Made by a program: the position numbers and the translations under genes
Assembly: GCA_964016885.1 (NCBI GenBank)
Contig: OZ024752.1
Location: forward strand, 48,856,001-48,920,000
Direction of reading: 5' to 3'
DNA: 64,000 nucleotides
DNA from: Eledone cirrhosa
Taxonomy: Eukaryota
Shown here: positions 58,484 through 64,000 of the stretch, piece by piece
Position numbering within the stretch: the first letter of the stretch is position 1
Layout: each line of letters opens with the position of its first letter
The notes under the pieces: model-generated
What the model was told of the DNA's origin: nothing
Database searches by the model: none
The model's input: the letters and a program-made list of their open reading frames with translations, nothing else

Positions 58484-58804
58484 CTCACACACAGTCTCTC
58501 ACACACACACACTCTCTCTCACACACACACTCTCTCTCTCACACACACACAGTCTCTCTCTCACACACACACACACTCTCTCTCTCTCTCTCACGCACAC
58601 ACACTCTCTCTCCCCAACTCTCCCTCTCTTGTTATCTCTCTCTCCCCAACTCTCCCTCTCTAGTTATCTCTCTCTCCCCAACTCTCCCTCTCTAGTTATC
58701 TCTCTCTCCCCGTCTCTCCCTCTCTAGTTATCTCTCTCTCCGCAACTCTCCCTTTCTAGTTATACTATCTCTCTCTATTTTACAATACCAGTTTAAGTAC
58801 AATA

Positions 58805-59296
58805 AATAATTGTTTCTACTTTAGGCACAAGGCCAGCAATTACCCAGTGCATTACTGGTACTTTATTTTATTGACCCCATAAGGATGAATCGGCAGGATT
58901 TGAATAAATAATTGTTTCTACTTTTGGCACAAGGCCAGCAATTACCCAGTGTATTACTGGTACTTTATTTTATCGACCCCGTAAGGATGAAAGGCAAAGT
59001 CAACCTCGGCAGGATTTGAACTCAGAATGGCAAGGGCCGTAACTCTATGCGTCAAAGCATGGTGTCCGACCCTCTACCGATACTGCCAATCCACCGCCAT
59101 TAAAAATAATTGTTTCTACTTTTGGCACAAGGCCAACAATTTACCCAGTTCATTACTGGTACTTTATTTTATCGACCCCGTAAGGATGAAAGGCAAAGTC
59201 AACCTTGGCGGGATTTGAACTCAGATCGTAAAGAGCCGTAACTATGCTGGAAAGCATGGCGTCTGACCCTCTACCGATACTGCCAATCCACTGCCT
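58805..59296 (-). mobile_element. Three head-to-tail Meta-like SINEs
   Basis: Repeated AATAATTGTTTCTACTTT..GGCACAAGGCC tails. Confidence 0.9.
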
Positions 59297-59313
59297 GGGA
59301 TTTGAATAAATAA

Positions 59314-59527
59314 TACCTACATGTAAATATCTATATATAAATATCTACATGTAAATACCTACATGTAAATATCTACATGTAAATACCTACATGTAAATAT
59401 CTACATGTAAATACCTACATGTAAATATCTACATGTAAATATCTACATGTAAATACCTACATGTAAATATCTACATGTAAATACCTACATGTAAATACCT
59501 ACATGTAAATATCTATATATAAATACA
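59314..59527. repeat. 14-bp minisatellite AAATA(C/T)CTACATGT
   Basis: About 15 copies, each with the TACATGTA palindrome. Confidence 0.9.
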
Positions 59528-61150
59528 TTTGCCAGTCAGAGCAAAAAAGAAAACTAAAAAAAAAATAATAAATAAACAGTTAAAAAAAAAGCATTATTAA
59601 AAAATGTATTCACACATGCATCCAGATAAATGCATACACACGCATACACACACATACACACACATGCACACACATACACACACATACATACACATACATA
59701 CACACACATACACACGCATACACACACATACATACACATACATACACATACACATGCATACACACACATACATACACATACACACACATACATACACATA
59801 CACACACATGCACACACATACACACACATACATACACATGCACACGCATACACACACATACACACACATACATACGCATATACACACATGCACACACATA
59901 CACACACATACACGCATTCATACACATGCACACACATACATACACATGCACACACATACACACACATACACACGCATGCACACGCATACACACATACACA
60001 CGCATACATACACATACACACACATGCACACACATGCACACACATACACACACATGCACACACATACACACGCATGCACACACATGCACACACATACACA
60101 CACATGCACACACATGTGCACACATGCATACACATGTGCACACATACACACGCATGCACACGCATACACACACATACACGCATACATACACATACACACA
60201 CATGCACACACATACACACACACATGCACACACATACACACATACACACGCATACACACACATGCATGTACACACATGCACGCACATACATGTAAAGACA
60301 TGCACACACATACATATATATGCACACATATATACACATTCATACAAATGCATGCACACACACAAATATTGTTTAATTTGAATTTAAATAATTTCTATTC
60401 CAAACATTGAAAATTTCTTTATAATAATGGTGGAGAGGGTGATGGTTGTGGTGGTGGTGGTGGTGGTGGAGAGGGTGGTGGGAGGGTGGTGGGGTGATGG
60501 GGGGTGGGTGGCGGTGGTGGTGGTAGTGGTGATGATGGTGGAGAGGGTGGTGGTGGTGGAGAGGGTGATGGTGGTGGTGGTGATGGTGATGGTGGTGGTG
60601 ATGGTGATGGTTGTGGTGGTGGTGGTGGTGGTGGTGGTGGTGGTGGAGAGGGTGATGGTGGTGATGGTGATGGTTGTGGTGGTGGTGGTGGTGGAGAGGG
60701 GGGTGATGGGGGGATGGTGATGGTGGTGGTGGTGGTGGTAGTGGTGATGATGGTGGAGAGGGTGGTGGTGATGGTGACAATGGTGATGGTGGTGATGGTG
60801 ATGGTGGTGGTAATGATGGTGGTGATGGCGGTGGTGACGATGGTGGTAGTGATGGTGATGGTGGTGGTGGTGGTGACGGTGGTGGTGGTGATGACGGTGG
60901 TGATGGTGGTGACAGTGGTGGTGGTGGTGATGGTGGTGGTGTTGATGATGGTGGTGACAGTGGTGACAGTGGTGGTGGTGGAGAGGGTGGTGGTGATGAT
61001 GGTGACAGTGGTGACAGTGTTGGTGGTGGTGGTGGTGACAGTGGTGGAGAGGGTGGTGGTGGTGACGACAACAATAGTATTTTAATTTTCTTTAATGAAA
61101 AACAGAAATGTGTCATGTATGGTTCTGTTACAAACGGAAACATGAACACA

Positions 61151-61324
<174 letters not shown>

Positions 61325-61332
61325 CACATATA

Positions 61333-61407
<75 letters not shown>

Positions 61408-61485
61408 GTATATATGCATGTACACACACATATATATATATATATGCAGGTACATATCCCACATATATATGCATGTACATACCCC

Positions 61486-61517
<32 letters not shown>

Positions 61518-61530
61518 AATGATGTGTGTG

Positions 61531-61565
<35 letters not shown>

Positions 61566-61889
61566 CAGAGAGAGAGAGAGAGAGAGAAAACGTGGAGGGA
61601 GAGAAGAAGAGGCACAGACATAGAATAGAGAACTCTCCACTATGAAAACCAGTGAAATTTATTCAAGCTTTCAGTCTATTGAAGCCTTAATCTTTTGTGT
61701 ATTTCCAAATGTTAGCAGCAACAAATGTAACATTTCATTCTCTTGCTTGTTTACTTCATCATCTTACATAATCCATACACGATAGCGGAGACGGCAACAT
61801 CAATTACATGAACCGACAGCAGTGTGATATTTTGTAGCTCAAATTATATATTCAGACCTCGAGTATATTTATCAAAATATGAGGCTTGT

Positions 61890-63080
61890 CAATAATAATT
61901 GTTTCCACTTTTGGTTGGCACAAGGCCAGCAATTATCCCAGTGTATTACTGGTACTTTACTTTACTGACCTCCGTAAGGATGTAGGGTAGGGCAAAGTTA
62001 ATCTCGGCAGGATTTGCCAATAATAAAGATGATAATAATTGTTTCTACTTTTGGTTGGCACAAGGCCAGCAATTACCCCAGTGTATTACTGGTACTTTAT
62101 TTTATCGACCCCCGTAAGGATGTAGGGTAGGGCAAAGTTAATCTCGGCAGGATTTGCCAATAATAAAGATAATAATTGTTTCTACTTTTGGTTGGCACAA
62201 GGCCAGCAATTACCCCAGTGTATTACTGGTACTTTATTTTATCGACCCCCGTAAGGATGTAGGGTAGGGCAAAGTTAATCTCGGCAGGATTTGCCAATAA
62301 TAAAGATGATAATAATTGTTTCTACTTTTGGTTGGCACAAGGCCAGCAATTACCCCAGTGTATTACTGGTACTTTATTTTATCGACCCCCATAAGGATGT
62401 AGGGCAAAGTTAATCTCGACACGATTTGCCAATAATAATGGTTTCTTATATAGGCACAAGGCCAGTAATTTGGGGGGGAGGGGGAAGTCGATTAAATCGA
62501 CCCCAGTGCGTGACCGGTACTTTATTTTATCGACCTCCGTAAGGATGAAAGGCAAAGTTAACCTCGGCAGGATTTGAACCTAGATCAGAAAGGGGCGTAA
62601 CTCTGTGCTGCAAAGCATGGCGTCCGACCCTCTACTGATACTGCCAAACCACAACAGGCCATTCAATAATAATAGCTTGTCAATAATAATAATAATAATT
62701 GTTTCTACTTTTTGGCACAAGGCCAGCAATTACCCCAGTGGATTACTGGTACTTTATTTTATCGACCCCGTAAGGATGAAAGGCAAAGTTAACCTCGGTG
62801 GGAGTTGAACTCAGAACGTAAAGGGCCATGAATCTATGCTGCAAAGCATGGTGCCCGACACTCTACTGATACTGCCAAACCAAGAAATAATTGTTTCTAC
62901 GTTTGGCACAAGGCCAGCAATTACCCCAGTGCATTACTGGTACTTTATTTTATCGACCCCGTAAATATCAAAGGCAAAGTGAACCTCGGCGGGATTTGAA
63001 CTCAGATCATAAATGGACGTAACTCTATGCTGCAATGCATGGTGTCCGACCTTCTACTGATACTGCCAATACCCCGCCAA
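61890..63080 (-). mobile_element. Array of seven Meta-like SINEs (four ~140-bp tandem truncated units, three full)
   Basis: The truncated units share a TTTTGGTTGGCAC variant and TGTAGGG-type insertions. Confidence 0.9.
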
Positions 63081-63141
63081 TCCTAGAAATAATGTCACTG
63101 TATATAGTTTGACATTAAAACCTTGGTAGGTTTTCATTAAA

Positions 63142-63500
63142 TTACTCTTCCATCTTCTTGTTCCAGACGTCCTGACCTCTCATTGCAGCAAGGAGATCCC
63201 ATCTAATGAGGTCAATGTCCCTCACCAGTAGAGTCCAGATGGTTATATTCCGACATCTTCCTTGGCACTTTGCATCTGATAACAAGAAAAGCAGTTTCCT
63301 TGCAGATTCATCATGGCAGGAAACATGACTAACAAGAGTCAAGTAACGGGACTGAATGTTCGATGAAACTTGTGGCAGATCACCATAAATAACTTTATTG
63401 GTAGTGTGACTTTGCCATAAAATGTTGCACACCACATGTAACATCTTGGTCTAGAAACCATCAGGTGTCCTTGAGCGAGCAATACTGAAAGTCCAGGATT
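63142..63500 (-). mobile_element. Decayed RTE-like LINE RT C-terminus
   Basis: NILWQSHTTNKVIYGDLPQVS..SH..H..AMRGQDVW resembles the RTE consensus NISWxxHxTN..RRLxLAGH..DRxxW. Confidence 0.65.
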
Positions 63501-63555
63501 GTGTTTGAATCTTAAAGAACCACAGTTTTATAAAAAAATTTGATTAATTAAGTGA

Positions 63556-63884
63556 TCATCATCATCATTTTACGTCCGCTTTTCCCTGCTTGCAAGGGTG
63601 GGACGGGAACTGATTCTGGCTTGATTTCTACAGCTGGATGCCCTTCCTAACACCAACCTCATTTACAGTGAGTGCTGGGTGCTTTTTTGCCGTGGCACCT
63701 CCACGACCACTTTGCAGTGGAATGATAGGGACCCCAGTCCCTATCATCTCATTTCTACAGCTGAGTAAACTGGAGCAATAAAGTGTCTTGCTCAAGGAAA
63801 CAACACATCACCCGGTCTGAGAATTGAACTCACAACCTTTCGATTGCAAGGCCAATGCTCTAACCACTAAACCATGTGCCTCCA
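63556..63884 (-). mobile_element. Full-length CORE-like SINE with RTE tail (near-identical copies 24017-24316, 53770-54057)
   Basis: Head matches 11388. Tail matches the 3' end of the LINE at 17365-17430. Confidence 0.9.
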
Positions 63885-64000
63885 TATATATATAATAATT
63901 TCTTAAATATTTTCGCTATTATGGAAACAACCAAAGCAGTGGAGAGGATTGTATACTGACATGATCTATAGTATGATCTGGTATGGGTGTAGACTGTATA

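Overview
Eukaryotic, very repeat-rich non-coding DNA. The SINE families and the (TA)n/(CA)n/(CAT)n/(GGT)n microsatellite load suggest a cephalopod such as Octopus (inference from recalled repeat families, not a search). Almost all ORFs in the supplied track are translations of simple repeats. Real content: two tRNA-derived SINE families, fragments of their likely partner LINEs (RTE and L1/Tx1-like), a bipartite non-autonomous RTE derivative, a Tc1/mariner remnant, TTAA piggyBac-type MITEs, several minisatellites, and at most a few low-confidence exons. The most striking signal is a set of at least eight apparently unrelated short elements sitting in or next to (TA)n tracts. They carry complete, truncated or decayed minimal type I hammerhead ribozyme motifs (CUGAnGA...GAAA-short, often palindromic stem III-UH), and many are folded back into long palindromes. 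They look like Penelope-like (pLTR/retrozyme-type) retroelement termini whose inversions are rebuilt at each insertion.
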